64,000 bases of DNA from Marsupella aquatica. Taxonomy: Eukaryota > Plantae > Marchantiophyta. The position numbers and the translations under genes were made by a program. The notes beneath the pieces were generated by a model. It did not search any database. It saw only the letters and a list, made by a program, of their open reading frames with translations, and was not told where the DNA came from. Shown here piece by piece: positions 37,884 through 50,478 of this stretch. Position 1 is the first letter of the stretch, and every line of letters starts with the position of its first letter. Location: NCBI GenBank assembly GCA_973895155.1, contig OZ316893.1:1426860-1490859 (forward strand), written 5' to 3'.

Positions 37884-40800
37884 ATCGTTCAAGGTTCATC
37901 AATTTCGTAGGTCCGTTTACTGACTGAGGATCCTGCACTAGAATGGAAAAAATTGATGGGTTGTGGGATTCAGGAAATCAAACGATGGCCAAAACTTTCC
38001 AGCAAGGCTAGACGGATCACAATACTGACATATACTTGAATCGAATGTGTCGATTGGCGTTGGGGTGGCTTTGGCCCAAGATACAGAATGCTGGCCATCA
38101 TGGTGGCTAGTAGTACAGAAGAGATGTCTTTTCTCTAATAGGTTCGTTACGTGTTCGTAACAAAAGGGCGATCACTTGGGGCAGGCAGGGACGGAGGGGT
38201 GACGGCAGTGGACAGGTTGAAACGTTTTGTGGCATGTGGACGTAAATTTCAGCGAGAAATTAGTCTGAGATTCTTACGCCCACGATTTCGTGCTGTTGCA
38301 AATGCTTGGGTCTTGAAACCTCCTGCTAGTGGTCACCAAAGCTGACCGAAAACGTATCAATCCTCCTCAGGTTTCTCCAAATGTCAGGCGCCGGATGAAT
38401 GTGTAAATATTTGCCTCGAATCTTTTCAAAGCATGCAAATAGCTTCATTTCGCAGCGATTCGAGAAAGCAAAGCTTATCCAGGGAGTTCGATGTAAGCAA
38501 ACAAAGGGAGCAAAGCTCAAAGACTTCCTCTGGATAGGAATATTCCGCAACAGCATGGAAGGGATGTGTGGAGGACTTGAGAGAAATGGGTTTGTAAAGC
38601 TAGACAGACATTTGGACATCCGAAACTATCTGTACAGAGTTTTGGAGTCCCATGAAAGAGGGTAACTGGAGAAGGTTGGACCATGGAAACCCGGGATAAC
38701 GAGCGCCGACTCAATGGCATCTAGACAGCCTCAGGATAACTCATCACTGTCGCCCAGGATCGTGTTGTTGTAAGTAATGTGCACCGTTGGTAGATAGATG
38801 TACAGATATGCAAGACGTCGATAGATAGGTAGTCTTTAGAGTCACATCTCTTGCAGATGTTGTAACATTTTGAAATATACGGGGCGTCAAATTTCGAAGC
38901 TCCTCTAGACGAGATGTACATGCAATTGTGGCCCTCGAGTACTCTTATTCGTCGAGGATGTGGTCATTAATTTGTTACCTTAACAGTAGGGTTTCACGCT
39001 AGACCGATCTTTGGAGTTCAAATGCTGAATCCCCCAATGGGTGCCCGCGGCACTCGAGGGTTTACTTCCTGAAATTGATGTGACACAGCTTTTCCAGTCA
39101 AGGCTCTGTCGCGTGTACTTCTTACTTTCAAATCTACTGGAGGTGTTTGATTCCTTTTTTTTCTGGGGGCCCTTCACTTAGCTTTAGAGGTGGACACCAA
39201 TGAGAGCTGAAGACATTTCAAAATCAGGGGAGCCAGAGTTCCCAAAGCATTTCCATTAAACTTTAATATGCTCCGTCTTCTTGATTACATGAATACTGAA
39301 CAATTCTTTTTTTCAATCAAGAAATGAACATTTTTCCTCGTAACATTGCCTTGAACAGTTGTTTTGAGGTTTTGAAAGCCTTGATTATTCTTCTCTTGAA
39401 TGAAACTTTCAACTGCTTTCTCCTTGAATGACTTGTCGAACTCACTAACCTCCACTCTCCACCATTTCTGTCCTGAAAATGAGTTTCTCTGTCAGTCTCA
39501 TTTGCTTTCGGAAGGCTAACTTTGAGAATTGAGTTTGTTCTAACCAGAGGGGATGTCGTCATGTCATTTCTGATCAGCCTCTTACTTCGGCAAAACCGTC
39601 GAAACGTCCACGACAACAGTTTTAAAACACCAAGGCAAGTGAAGTAGTTCATGCACTACACCGATACCGTGGTTTAAGCCTGAGTCCAACCTCTTCATCA
39701 CTTCTTAGAAATGAGATATGAAAAGCATTTGCAGTGGCATCGTATTCTCAGTGATCGCTTCAGTGAGATTAGTTTGCTGCCATATAAACGTCAACATTGT
39801 TTTCAAGACTGTGATTACAGGCCTAAATAAGCTTGAATCTGTTACGGCATACGGTCGGACCAGTCAGCTTTTGGGGGCTGAGCCGGCGGGTCTTGCACGA
39901 ACAAAAGGCGCGATCACGGAAGAACCGATGCCCTTTGCGTTGCCTAGCCTCATTCTCCGGTATTCTGTATCCTTGTCAGGCCCACTTCAGGCTTACTTTC
40001 GTGCAAGTTGTTCGGCCTTTCAATTTTTATTCTATGCGCGGACTTTCTCGACATTTGCAGCTGCTCTCATCTCATTTCTTCGTAAGACCATTGTTACAAA
40101 CCGCTCACCACTGGTTTTGATGTAAGTTGCAGGGGAACCCGTCTTCTCCCTAATGCACGTCAAATGATAATTAAGGCGACGAGGCTCAATCCCCTGTTGT
40201 TTGTTTGGGATCTGGGCAGATAGACACGTCTGCTGCTTGCGAAGATGTGTGGAACACGGTCTTTCTTCCTTGCTTCCCTACCAGCCTGCTTGCTTTGTCC
40301 TGAAACAAATGGGATGACAATGTTTGGTTTAGGAGGAGTGATCAAGAAAAAATTATGATAGGAGAACATCTAGAATCACCATTGCTTTGCTCTTTTGCTT
40401 CTGGCTCTGCTATACTATTGTTATCATTGAGCAAGCAGTGCTTCACAGAACCAAGACAGCTCCGGGATAAAGAAAGCGTACAACTTCATGATTTGGGTGA
40501 CCTGAGAAGAAATGGATGCAACCTTACTTTCAGGGGGAAGTAGAGTGCGTATTCTCAAATAGGACTGAGATTCTTCTCAGTCAACTGCATCGAGCCGTAT
40601 GTCTTTCTTGCAACCAGGTTTCAACATAGAAAGGTTTTGGCAAATGCTTTAGGATGTGAGCCAAGCACAAAACTGGGTCAAGATAAGGAAAATGTCGAGA
40701 GGAACTCGAAATTGGCTCTGAATGAACATGACGGATGCGCTACAATGATTTCAACAACGCATGGAAGACACAGAATTCAGAGTTTAATTGATCTCTGTGC

Positions 40801-41029
40801 ACATCCACAATGCCAAGACTACAGAGCATGAACCGCCTTCGTGGTACGGGAGTGAAGACTCTGTTCCAAATCAAGGTATTAGATGATATCTCGTCCGCCC
40901 GTCCGATTCAAGGACGCATTCATCGCCCTTGCTACCTGGCTGGAAACTTATTTCAATTGTTGTTCTTGTCATGAACAATTTGTTTGCAATTGGAACACTG
41001 CGCAGGATGAAACCCAAGGAATAAGAAAT

Positions 41030-41715
41030 ATTTGCCTGTAGTTGTTTCAGCAAGAAGTCCCTAAAGATCTGCCCTTCGCTCGCACTTAGTCTTGGAACAA
41101 CAGGGCCAATGGATGGCTGATAACAACTGGGTCCTTGAATACAGGGACTAACTCTTCACCAAATGTTATGTAGAAGTCTTTCTCACCAAAAAGTGTATTG
41201 AAGGACATCGGATGGTGCCTTCACAAGCAGGTTGGAAAAGGTTTGCCCTGCCTCGACCCCCCTCCAATCTCATTCAAAATGCTGATGTTAGGGACTTTCG
41301 ACCCCAAACCTTTTCAGAAAGTCCAATCCAAACAGCTGCCAGTACTCCTCCCTGGGAAAATCCCAGAAGACCATCGAATGGCCCATTCAACGACAGCAAC
41401 TCCAAGAAATGCGAAGTTGCTTCTTCCACTCCAGTGACCTCTTTGAAGTCCGCACTGGATTGATACCATTCATAGAAATGCCCGTCAAATTTATCCTCCA
41501 CGGCACTTACCCGTGGGCCATCCATGAAAACCAATTCCGCAATGTAGTCAATGAGCGGACCCCAGTTGGCCAACTGAAATCTGCTGGGCTAATATGTTGC
41601 CTCTGGTCCTGAATCCGTGAATGCACAATATTCGTAATTTTCTGAATCGGTCCACATGTGAAGGTACCTCCTTCGCGCCGTTCGATGCTGAATTTACAGT
41701 GTCCTCTCCTCTCCT
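41030..41715 (-). pseudogene. Intronless serine hydrolase FSH1/OVCA2-family pseudogene
   Basis: KLRILCIHGFRT, then frameshifted segments: FYEWY...GPFDGLLGFSQG (nucleophile elbow), IRCPSIHFL, GEKDF...FKDPVVISHP and VVPRL. Several frameshifts; the start-codon position reads AGG. The 3' boundary is approximate. Confidence 0.88.
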
Positions 41716-42596
41716 ATGCTCTGATCTACTGTACTTTGTGATGTGATGTGATGTGATGTGATGTGATGTGATGTGATGTTCTCTCTGAGGATCACCTTTG
41801 AGAGTGCCTGTGACATGGAAAGGATTCCCACAGTCGGATCGCTGTGCTCTCAAATCGCTGCTACTGTAGATCTTGGAAAGGAGAGCTCCTAAAGTTTGGG
41901 GAGAAGATTCCTGGTTACAGCTTGTTTCCGGATCAATCCCTGGAATACATACGTCTCCTCCCCTATGCTCTGATCTACTGTACTTTTAATGTTATGTTCT
42001 CTCTGAGGATCACCTTTGCGAGTGCCTGTAAGATGGAAAGGCTCCCACAGTCGGATCGCTCTGCTCTCAAGTCGCTGCTACTGTAGATCTCCTAAAGAAG
42101 AGGTCCTAAAGTTTGGGGAGAAGATTCCTGGTTACAGCTTGTTTCCGAATCAATCCCAGTAATACATACCTCTCCTCCCATATGCTCTGATCTACTGTAC
42201 TTTGAAGAGTGCCGGTAACATGGAAAGGCTCCCTCAGTCGGATCGCTCTGCTCTCAAATCGCAGCTACTGTAGATCTTGTAAAGGAGAGCTCCTAAAGTT
42301 TGGGGAGAAGATTCCTAGTTACAGCTTGTATCCGAATCAATCAAAGGAATAAATACCTCTCCTCCCCTATGCTCTGATCTACTGTACTTTTAATGTTATG
42401 TTCTCTCTGAGGATCACCTTTGAGAGTGCCGGTGAGATTGATAGGCTCTCACAGTCCTCTCACAGTCCGATCGCTCTGCTCTCAAATCTATGCCACTGTA
42501 GATCTTCTAAAGTCTTCTAAAGGAGAACTCCTAAAAGGTGGGTAGAAGATTCGTGGTTACAGCTGGTTTTCGAATCAATTCAATGGTCTGCATACC
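41704..42596 (-). repeat. Four tandem ~190-250-bp copies of the FSH1 pseudogene upstream region plus its first four codons
   Basis: TATGCTCTGATCTACTGTACTTT at ~41715, 41964, 42181 and 42368; AAAGTTTGGGGAGAAGATTCCT repeated. The proximal copy contains a (GATGT)n expansion at ~41738-41779. Confidence 0.92.
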
Positions 42597-45500
42597 AATT
42601 GTTAGTGTGGGCTTTTTTCAACAAAACGCAGAAAGGGAAACCTTTTTGGAAATAGAGTTCCATGGCATCTACGGTAGGTTGTCAAGCACAATCTATAGGA
42701 CCTTAGGGAAGATCAGGTAATATTTTTCATTTCAAATTATAGTGCATGCCATAAGTGGTTTCTCCAGATGTCACTATTTACTTTAATAAAATGTTAAACA
42801 CTGATAAATCAATGCTTGCGGTAAAAAAATGCTCTGACGAGTTTTACAAGTTTTTTGCAAACACTACCAATTATTTTCCCCATGGACCAGAAAATGTTTT
42901 TACTGTTTAAACGGACAGGTTTATGGGGAACAAGAAAATAAGACACTTTCATAAATTCCAACAGCTGCACATAAAACAAGAGCTGTCCACACTCATGCAC
43001 TAAACCAAAGGCATTTTGCTGGTGAGCTAGAATTGTATGCAGTTTGTGAAAAGAACAAAAATCTTCCTCCTTGGAAATTTTACCATGTTACTGAGACACA
43101 TGTGATAATGCGATTGGGGTCATGAAAATTGTTAGGCTAGATGACTACTTGAAGTCAAAGCCCGGGATGGCCTGAGTCTTTGGTTATGGAGCCCAGATGG
43201 AGTAGGCAAACCTAGAAGGACTCAAATCAAGAACACAATTTTGATTCGCTCATGTTTACAATTCTGTTCAAAAATATTCTGTTAGTGGCAAGATCACCAG
43301 TAAGTGCAAGTTTTGGTTAATTCTCTCATTGACCTTGCCATGCCAGCTAGTTACTCCTTCCTGTTATATAGAGTAGTAAGAAGAGAAGAAAAGTTTTAGT
43401 ATTACATTCTTGTTCATATAGGTACTTTACCACCTTATCAGGCCTCTCTGGTAAACAAAAGTGTGAATAGAGTGAGCAAAACTCTTTTTAGTCATGGTGC
43501 CTCCAATAGTTTTCTCAAAAGCCAAAAACAAAATGAGCTCAATTTCATGAAGGTGCTACACTTTCTCTACACACCACCTCAAGATTGTAGGGCTTTGGTC
43601 TTTTACGGATCGACTCTCTGACTTGCAAGAGCATTGTTGCAGAATCCTGTTTTTAGAGAGTACGTGATGTTCTTGTTACAAGGAATGTTTCAAATAATTT
43701 TCCAACTATTGAGCTACCAGAGATTTTAATTTGTAGGAATGGTATTGTGGGATCTTATTTTTCATAGAGCCTTGCCCTTGTTACAAGGAGCACTTCAACT
43801 CATTTTGCCATTGCAGAGCTTCCGGAGATTTTAGTGTCAGCTTGAATTGCTTATAGTGTAGTAGGCATGCAATGGTAGTGCTTCCCTAAAACTAATGTAG
43901 CCTGAAATGCAGAATATTTTCAACCTTTACCATCCATGAATGTCATGACTCTAAATGACTAGAGGAGACACACAGGAGCCTTCACCTACTGGCCTATAAT
44001 GGGACAGGGGCCAGCTACTGCAACAGTCAATGCAAGGGCCAACATTCCCAAGTTGAATGACGGTACGTTATCTTTGGTAGCCTTTGGTTTCACCATTAAC
44101 ATAAAAGAAGGTCTCGATCTGGGGCCTAAATCGCAAAAGCCTTGATTGGCACTAAAAGTCATGCAGATCAAGTGTCATCCACTCTGGCAAATTAAGAGCA
44201 ATTTAAAATATTGTATGACCCCTAACAACCTAGCTAATATTTATAGATCATATTTAATACCTACATTCCATTGTTGAATCTCCATCTTGAGCACCTTGTT
44301 TTGACATGTGTCTTTGTCTAATGATGCTCTCTACGACATTCAATGACATCCAACATCAACAAAAAGCCTATGACATGAAAACCTGGGGAAAACTTTTAAT
44401 GCATGTTCTCCTACTTTAGTGCCCCCTTTCACCACTTCCTATCAACTTATTGTGTTTCTCTGCACAATGATGCGTACTATCAATTACACTTCAAGTGGAA
44501 TGTATTTCAAAGAACAAGTGGAAACAAAAATATGCCTCTGACGAGATGTGCAATGTGTCATGCACACAAAGGAAACATGCAATGTGTTAGGCAGATCCTA
44601 GGACAAATCTCCATAACCAAGAAAAGTGCTTGAAGCAATGAAGGTTGTCTTAGCATCTGAAACTGAAATGCATCAATTAAAGCTGAAATGCAAACGTCCT
44701 TGATCTTCATTGCCTCCATTCGCCACCTCCCATTGACTTCTGATGTCTACAACATGCAATGTCGATGTGAGTTAGAAAAAAGCAAGCAAGTCACGGTGTG
44801 TGATTAAACTGCCACTAGCCATATAAAAGGCAGAAGCGTCAAAGTATGGGCAGCTATTCAGTCTAGATGATGCCCTATGAAAGCTCGACTCCCAAGCCCA
44901 CTCCCAAGTCCCAGACAGAGCCCATCGACCCTAGCCAAAGAGCCTCCTGACTATGTTTATTTGCTTGTTTCTTAGTGAGTGGGTTTGTGTACATTCATGT
45001 GGGTTCATGAGTGTTGGGCCTAAAACGCTGATGCCATATATAGCCAGACCTCTTGTTTCCGGGCTTGTTTAAGGCTGAGCCCCAAAAGCTGCTGCCATAG
45101 CCATGACTCTTGTCAAAGAAGTCAGATCTATAGCGACCAAAATTGCTACAATAGCCATATATGACTCCTGTCAAAGAAGTCAAATCTACAGCGACCAAAA
45201 TCACTACAATAGCTGCCCATTATTTCTGTGAGAACACTCTATATATAAGGCAACCAAAATTGTTGTTGCCATGACTTGTGGCAAAGCTCTCAACCTTCAT
45301 ATATTATTATTGTTTATATGATCAAGGAAATAATGTGTGTTATGATTACTCAGGACATGATCTTGTCTGCAACGGACACATTAGCAAATCAAACTGCCTG
45401 GACTTTTACAGAGTTGCTTAGGAAGAGCTAGACTCCAAGGCTAGGAGGAATAGGCTGGTGAAAGAATTAGCTATCCGCAGTTTCTGTTTTGCAGCTAACG

Positions 45501-47199
45501 AGATAGAGAGCATGGATGAGAAAATCAAAGACAATAGTACGGAAATCGTCATGTTTGTTGATAGCAAGGATTTGACAAGAAAGAATGGCCTAGATCATTG
45601 GGCTGATCGCATTTTGGATGCACTAATGAAGAGTTTTGTTGGGTCAAATGAGATGGAAGAAGTCTCCTTGAAAGAGGGAGGGGAAAAGATGTGGAAATGG
45701 GAGAGCCGTTAGGCGTAGGTGTGTGGAATGGCTATCAAATAGTAGAGGTGCAGTGTGCAGCTGTGCAAGTCAATGCAGCGCACACTAGACACAACAGCCA
45801 AAAACTTTAGGAACAATTGTGTTGTCCACAACACTAGCATAGGAACAGTCGCGTTGTCCATAGCACTAGTACGAACATATTGTAGCTAATCGGCCAGCTA
45901 CAATCTGTTCCTGCTAATTGGCTTTTTGGCCCAACAGCTAATTGGGCCAAAAAAGTGTCGCAAATGCGTTAGACTTATAAACTTGGCTTCACCATGTTTT
46001 TGTTGTGGCCAGTGGCGATTTAAGATAATTTTTTGTTAGGCTGACAATATGAGGCACTAGATGCTAAACTTAAATGTAGCTCCCACACCTACAAATTGCG
46101 TTGTCCATCTAAACTCACCAATTGGATCTGACATAAGGACACACATAACCCAAATAAATTGATACTGACTCCTAGATTCATCTCACATGTGAGATCAACA
46201 ATGTTGTGATTCTTATTGCATATTTAGGGTCTCCCATTACACATGGCATTGGGGGCTCCTATACACTTCCCTACTTCAATAGATGGGCATATTGTCTCCC
46301 CCATTAGTCCTTTAAGGAGCATGGGAAGACCACAAATATATACATAATTTTGAGTGCTTCATCATTGTCATTGACTTATTCACCTGGCATATGCTTTAGG
46401 ATTTCATACTTGAGTTTGATCTCCAGTTTTTCTACTGGACTCCACATTGTTGACTAGCTTCAATGTTTTATGACTATTCTTTGGAGGTGAAATAGCCGAG
46501 GAAATAGCATAATTAAACAGGATCCCTAAATTAAGATCGTACGGTCGTCAAGGACTGGCTATGGAAATATGATCCCAATTCTGCTTCTAATCATGGTAAT
46601 TTTTTGGTTATGTTCTTTCAATATTCTTTGGCTCCCTTTTCCACCTCCTGTATTTGAATAGAAGGTAGTGGATACTCTATAAAGGCACCTTGATAGATGG
46701 CTATCCTGCCTTTTAATGCGTTGTATTCTATATCTTGAACATTGTGTGTGTATTTTACAACTCAAGCGGGAAGAATGCCCATTCATATGAGCACTCTCAC
46801 CTGCTGCCCTACGTGCTGTACCAATTGGATGAATTATCCCAAATTAGTTTATGTTTGTATTAGGGCATTTCAAACCTTCACTTCCGCGAAAAAAAAACTT
46901 GTCTTGAAAGTATCAGTTTTGGTCTGCGGACAGGAGTGCATTGACAAGCAGGTGTGTGGACAAGCATTTTTATGTTTGTCACTTTTTTCTGGGAAAACAC
47001 CCTTGACCACAACTGGAGTCAAAATAAAGAGGATTGAGACCCCCTATTAGTGTGTAGAATGTCAGTTTGCAAACTTGCATTTTGTTGAATCCTTGTTAGC
47101 TTGCTCTCAACAAACATTTGGGCAAAGCAAAGCAAGGCTCTAAACCAAACTCTAAACAATTGAAATGGTTGTTCCTTGATTTCTTCAAATGCATGCATG

Positions 47200-47710
47200 G
47201 AGAAGTCCTGGGAGGAAAGGAATCAGGGAAAAAATGGTGAATGGCTCGAGGAATGACCAATCTTGCACGAGAGGAAACAAACTGGCAAAGACCCTGGCTG
47301 CATTACCAAGAGCAGGAGCGGAGAACCCAAACTTCCAGTAGACTGCCAAGGAAATGAGCTGTCAGGGACCCCTCACCGTGCAAGGGTGGATGAAGGACTC
47401 TCCTTGCAAACACACTCACGAGGGTTGGCTCAAGCCTGTAAGTCCAGACATGGCTGCGATTAGGCCTTGTGACCTGGAGAACTCATGGTTGGTCCCACCT
47501 GGGTCCACTGTCATAATTAGACTCTATGAAGACTCTAAAGCATGGGGGAAGCATTAGCTGCAAGATGTGGAGAGGGGGGAGGCGGAGGAGAGAGCGGAGG
47601 CAGACAAATGTAGGGCCTGTGTGATTTGCAATACTGTTGAGTGCACTAGGGTGGGATCTCAACTGTGGAAGTAAATCACTAGGTGGGATGGAGGGCTGTA
47701 GAGTTAACAA
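47200..47710 (-). mobile_element. Decayed L1-type LINE ORF1 fragment
   Basis: Minus-strand LLPQLRSHPSALNSIANHTG...RVFIE followed by the degenerate zinc knuckle PVCFLSCKIGHSSSHSP (~47240-47285), matching the order in plant L1 ORF1. It lies in an ORF-poor TE-relic block (~42700-49350). Confidence 0.45.
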
Positions 47711-49023
47711 AGAAAAGAATGAACTCTCCTAATTGTGTTTCAGGAAATTGAAGCAAGGATTGGACCTCCACGTTTGCCAAAATGTTTGGATAGACTTTTG
47801 AAACTTGGAAGGGGTGCTGCAAAACCTCATTTTTGCTCATACAATACATATTACCTGGATGAGTAAAATATGGCAAGAAAACAAGACAATCATCTTTGGA
47901 AATTTGTAGATTTCTCAATTCTTTATGAAAATTGACAATATTAGACTCAATGGAAAGATCCTTCCAAGCAGTTTCTAAAGATTCCATTCAACATTGAGGG
48001 AGATGATGAATGTCAAAGTTAGGTGCTCAAAACCTTTCATAATCAAGCACAGTGTGGACAGTGAGATGATGGAGCATCTTTAGAAATTCATCACTCACTA
48101 ATATATAGTTATGTAAAAATTTTTAAAAATTGAAAGGGGAGATCTTTGAAACCCCATAAAAAGGGAACAGTTAGTCGATCATAACATTTGAACACTAGAA
48201 TTATGAGTCTCAACTCAAGAAGTGAGCTACCTGGGCAAAATAGTCATTAGACTTGTTGGGAACATCTTTCCATCCCACTTGTAACTAGACAAATAAGAGC
48301 CAATTGTGTTGGATATTTGGGAGGCATTGAAAGTCAGGCTTTGTTGTTGAACACATTTTGGAATCAAGAAGGGTATCAATGAGTGGTGTAAAAGGTGTCA
48401 CAGTCCACAGGCTTATACACTTCCTAGGCTTGGTCCATGGGCACATCATTTTCTGCATTTCATAGTGATTAAATTTGTAATTCTATTGGTATACATTTTG
48501 CATCCCAAGTCACAAACAAGGGTTCTCTTCATGGGCCTTATTGGGGCTAACATACTCGGACAATGTGCTTGAAAATATGTACACACTACCAAAGAACAAC
48601 TATGATCCCAAAAGACAGGTCGCCCAACATAGGGGGGGGGGGGGAAGTAAATACTCCAAGAAGACCAAAGAGCCAAAAAGCCCCACATTCCCTACCTTTG
48701 TTAGTTTTCTTGTGACCAAGGCTCTACTACATGGTAGATGATGATGACCCTATCACTACAAGGGTAACTGCAGTACACAACAGTCTAGTGTATAATCCTC
48801 ATCTTTCTTACACAAATCTACTAGGGTGTCTCAAAGGTTCCAAATTCCAGACGATGGCTTTTTCACATGTTACGGAAAATTGTGTTTTTCACAAAAGTTT
48901 TTACATGGTCACAATGTTGCAAAAAGTCATTATTTTCACTGGCCTCTCCATTCACTAAGCGTAATGGCATATCACCAATCTTCATGGCAAATAGGTAGTA
49001 TGGACTATGAATTTGGTATAGGA

Positions 49024-49125
49024 TAATGTCCTGGCTAGACTGCATTGTGAGAATACACCAAAAAAAAGGGGGATAGCCTAAGTTTTGAGGAGCTTATTCT
49101 CACAATGCCTGTAACTAGGACATTA
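49024..49125. repeat. ~31-bp inverted repeat with a ~39-nt loop
   Basis: TAATGTCCTGGCTAGACTGCATTGTGAGAATA (49024-49055) versus the reverse complement of 49095-49125, TAATGTCCTAGTTACAGGCATTGTGAGAATA. Confidence 0.85.
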
Positions 49126-49663
49126 ACATTTGTAGAAACCAGAGTGATTTTTTGGGAACAGACAAAATAAATAAACTTATGGAACAGATGAAAGCAGCAT
49201 TTTTTTTAGTGGCAAAACTCCACCAAATTCCACCTCCCTAAAAATCTTTGGCCACTTTTAGCAAAAATTGGCTACTAGTTTTCTGTCTCATTAGCCAATG
49301 TTCACCAGCCTAATCACAGGCCCCATTAGCCAGAATCTAACGGCCAGTCTTAAATCTAGGGAAATCTGACGGTCAGGAATATAATTGAAAAGGGAATCTT
49401 TTGAGTATCTTCTCCGGCACATGCTGTACATTTGCCACTTTGGCGAAAAAGTAAAATCCTTAGAAAACGCTGGATAAAAGGACCATGCAACAATTTGTTG
49501 CCATGCAATTGGTCTAAAGAATGAAAAAAAGTTAAAATTGAGTTTAGAGATTCTCTATAGATATATAGGAAGCGGTTGGAGGGATATAGCATCTTCCATT
49601 CTGGATACAACCTTTTATTTTGTTTTATGTGCTAACACTATTTTTGCTTTCACATTCTCCTGT

Positions 49664-50335
49664 TTTGCATAATCCCCTCCTCTAAAAAGGGAGGTAGTAC
49701 AAAGAGAAAATCACATAAGTATTTACATGGTCTATATAACTTTTTGTGTCCCTAATATGTAATTACATAGTTAAGGTCCATCACATTATAAACTTTGAAA
49801 TGCTCTACTATATTTGTATTTACAGTACAGACCTGTACTACATATGTCTTTGCATTGCATAATCCCCTCCTCTAAAAAGGGAGGTAGTACAAAGAGAAAA
49901 TCACAAAAGTATTTACATGGTCTATATAACTTTTTGTGTCCCTAACATGTAATTACATAGTTAAGGTCCATCACTTTGTAAACTTTGAGATGCTCTACTA
50001 TATTTTGTATTTACAGTAAAGACCTGTCTCTACAGATGTCTTTGCATTGGCTTTGCATTGGGAAACACACCCGAGTCCAGACCTGGTCAAGCCAGGCTCG
50101 GTTTAGGGAGCCCCACAGAAGACTTTACATGGTCTATTTAAACTTTTTGTGTCTCTAACCTATAATTACATAGTTAAGGTCCATCACATTGTAAACTTTG
50201 TGATGCTCTACTATATTTGTATTTCCAGTACAGACCTGTACTATAGATGTCTTTACATTGGCTTGCCATTGGCTTTGCGTTGGGAGACAGACCCGAGTCT
50301 AGACCCAGTCAAGCCAGGCTCGGTTAAGGGAGCCC
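49664..50335. repeat. Staggered tandem duplications (~190-220-bp units, three copies of the core) upstream of ASHH2
   Basis: TTTACATGGTCTAT...TAATTACATAGTTAAGGTCCATCAC...ATGCTCTACTATATTT occurs three times; GCATAATCCCCTCCTCTAAAAAGGGAGG twice; ACCCGAGTC.AGACC..GTCAAGCCAGGCTCGGTT.AGGGAGCCCC twice. Confidence 0.9.
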
Positions 50336-50419
50336 CGGGGCCGTGCCTGATCCGGTTCGGCGGTGTTCGTCCCCTCAGTACAGGAACAAAGACAACAAGC
50401 TTAATGCGTCCTGCACTAC

Positions 50420-50478
50420 TGTACTGGAACAGGAGTGCAGTGTACAGGAACAGGGGTGCAGTGTACAGGAACAGGGAG
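50420..50478. repeat. 21-bp tandem repeat, ~3 copies
   Basis: TGTAC(A/T)GGAACAGG(A/G)GTGCAG. Confidence 0.8.

Noticed and set aside
36816-37892. 358-aa minus-strand ORF with a hydrophobic stretch
   Set aside because: It is the antisense shadow of paralog B; the poly-Leu/Ile run mirrors the GAG/GAT acidic tract.
38300-40550. Possible decayed LRR/NLR gene fragments
   Set aside because: Only faint Leu-rich hints on inconsistent strands and frames; not supportable without a translated search.
42160-42181. ATG GGA GGA GAG|GTATGT as a real first exon and donor rescuing the FSH1 gene
   Set aside because: GGTATG is simply the start of the repeat unit (also at the distal end, ~42596), there is no pyrimidine-rich acceptor before the CDS, and downstream frameshifts remain.
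45458-45712. 84-aa ORF in the TE-relic block
   Set aside because: Non-ATG start, no recognisable motif and no supporting exon structure.
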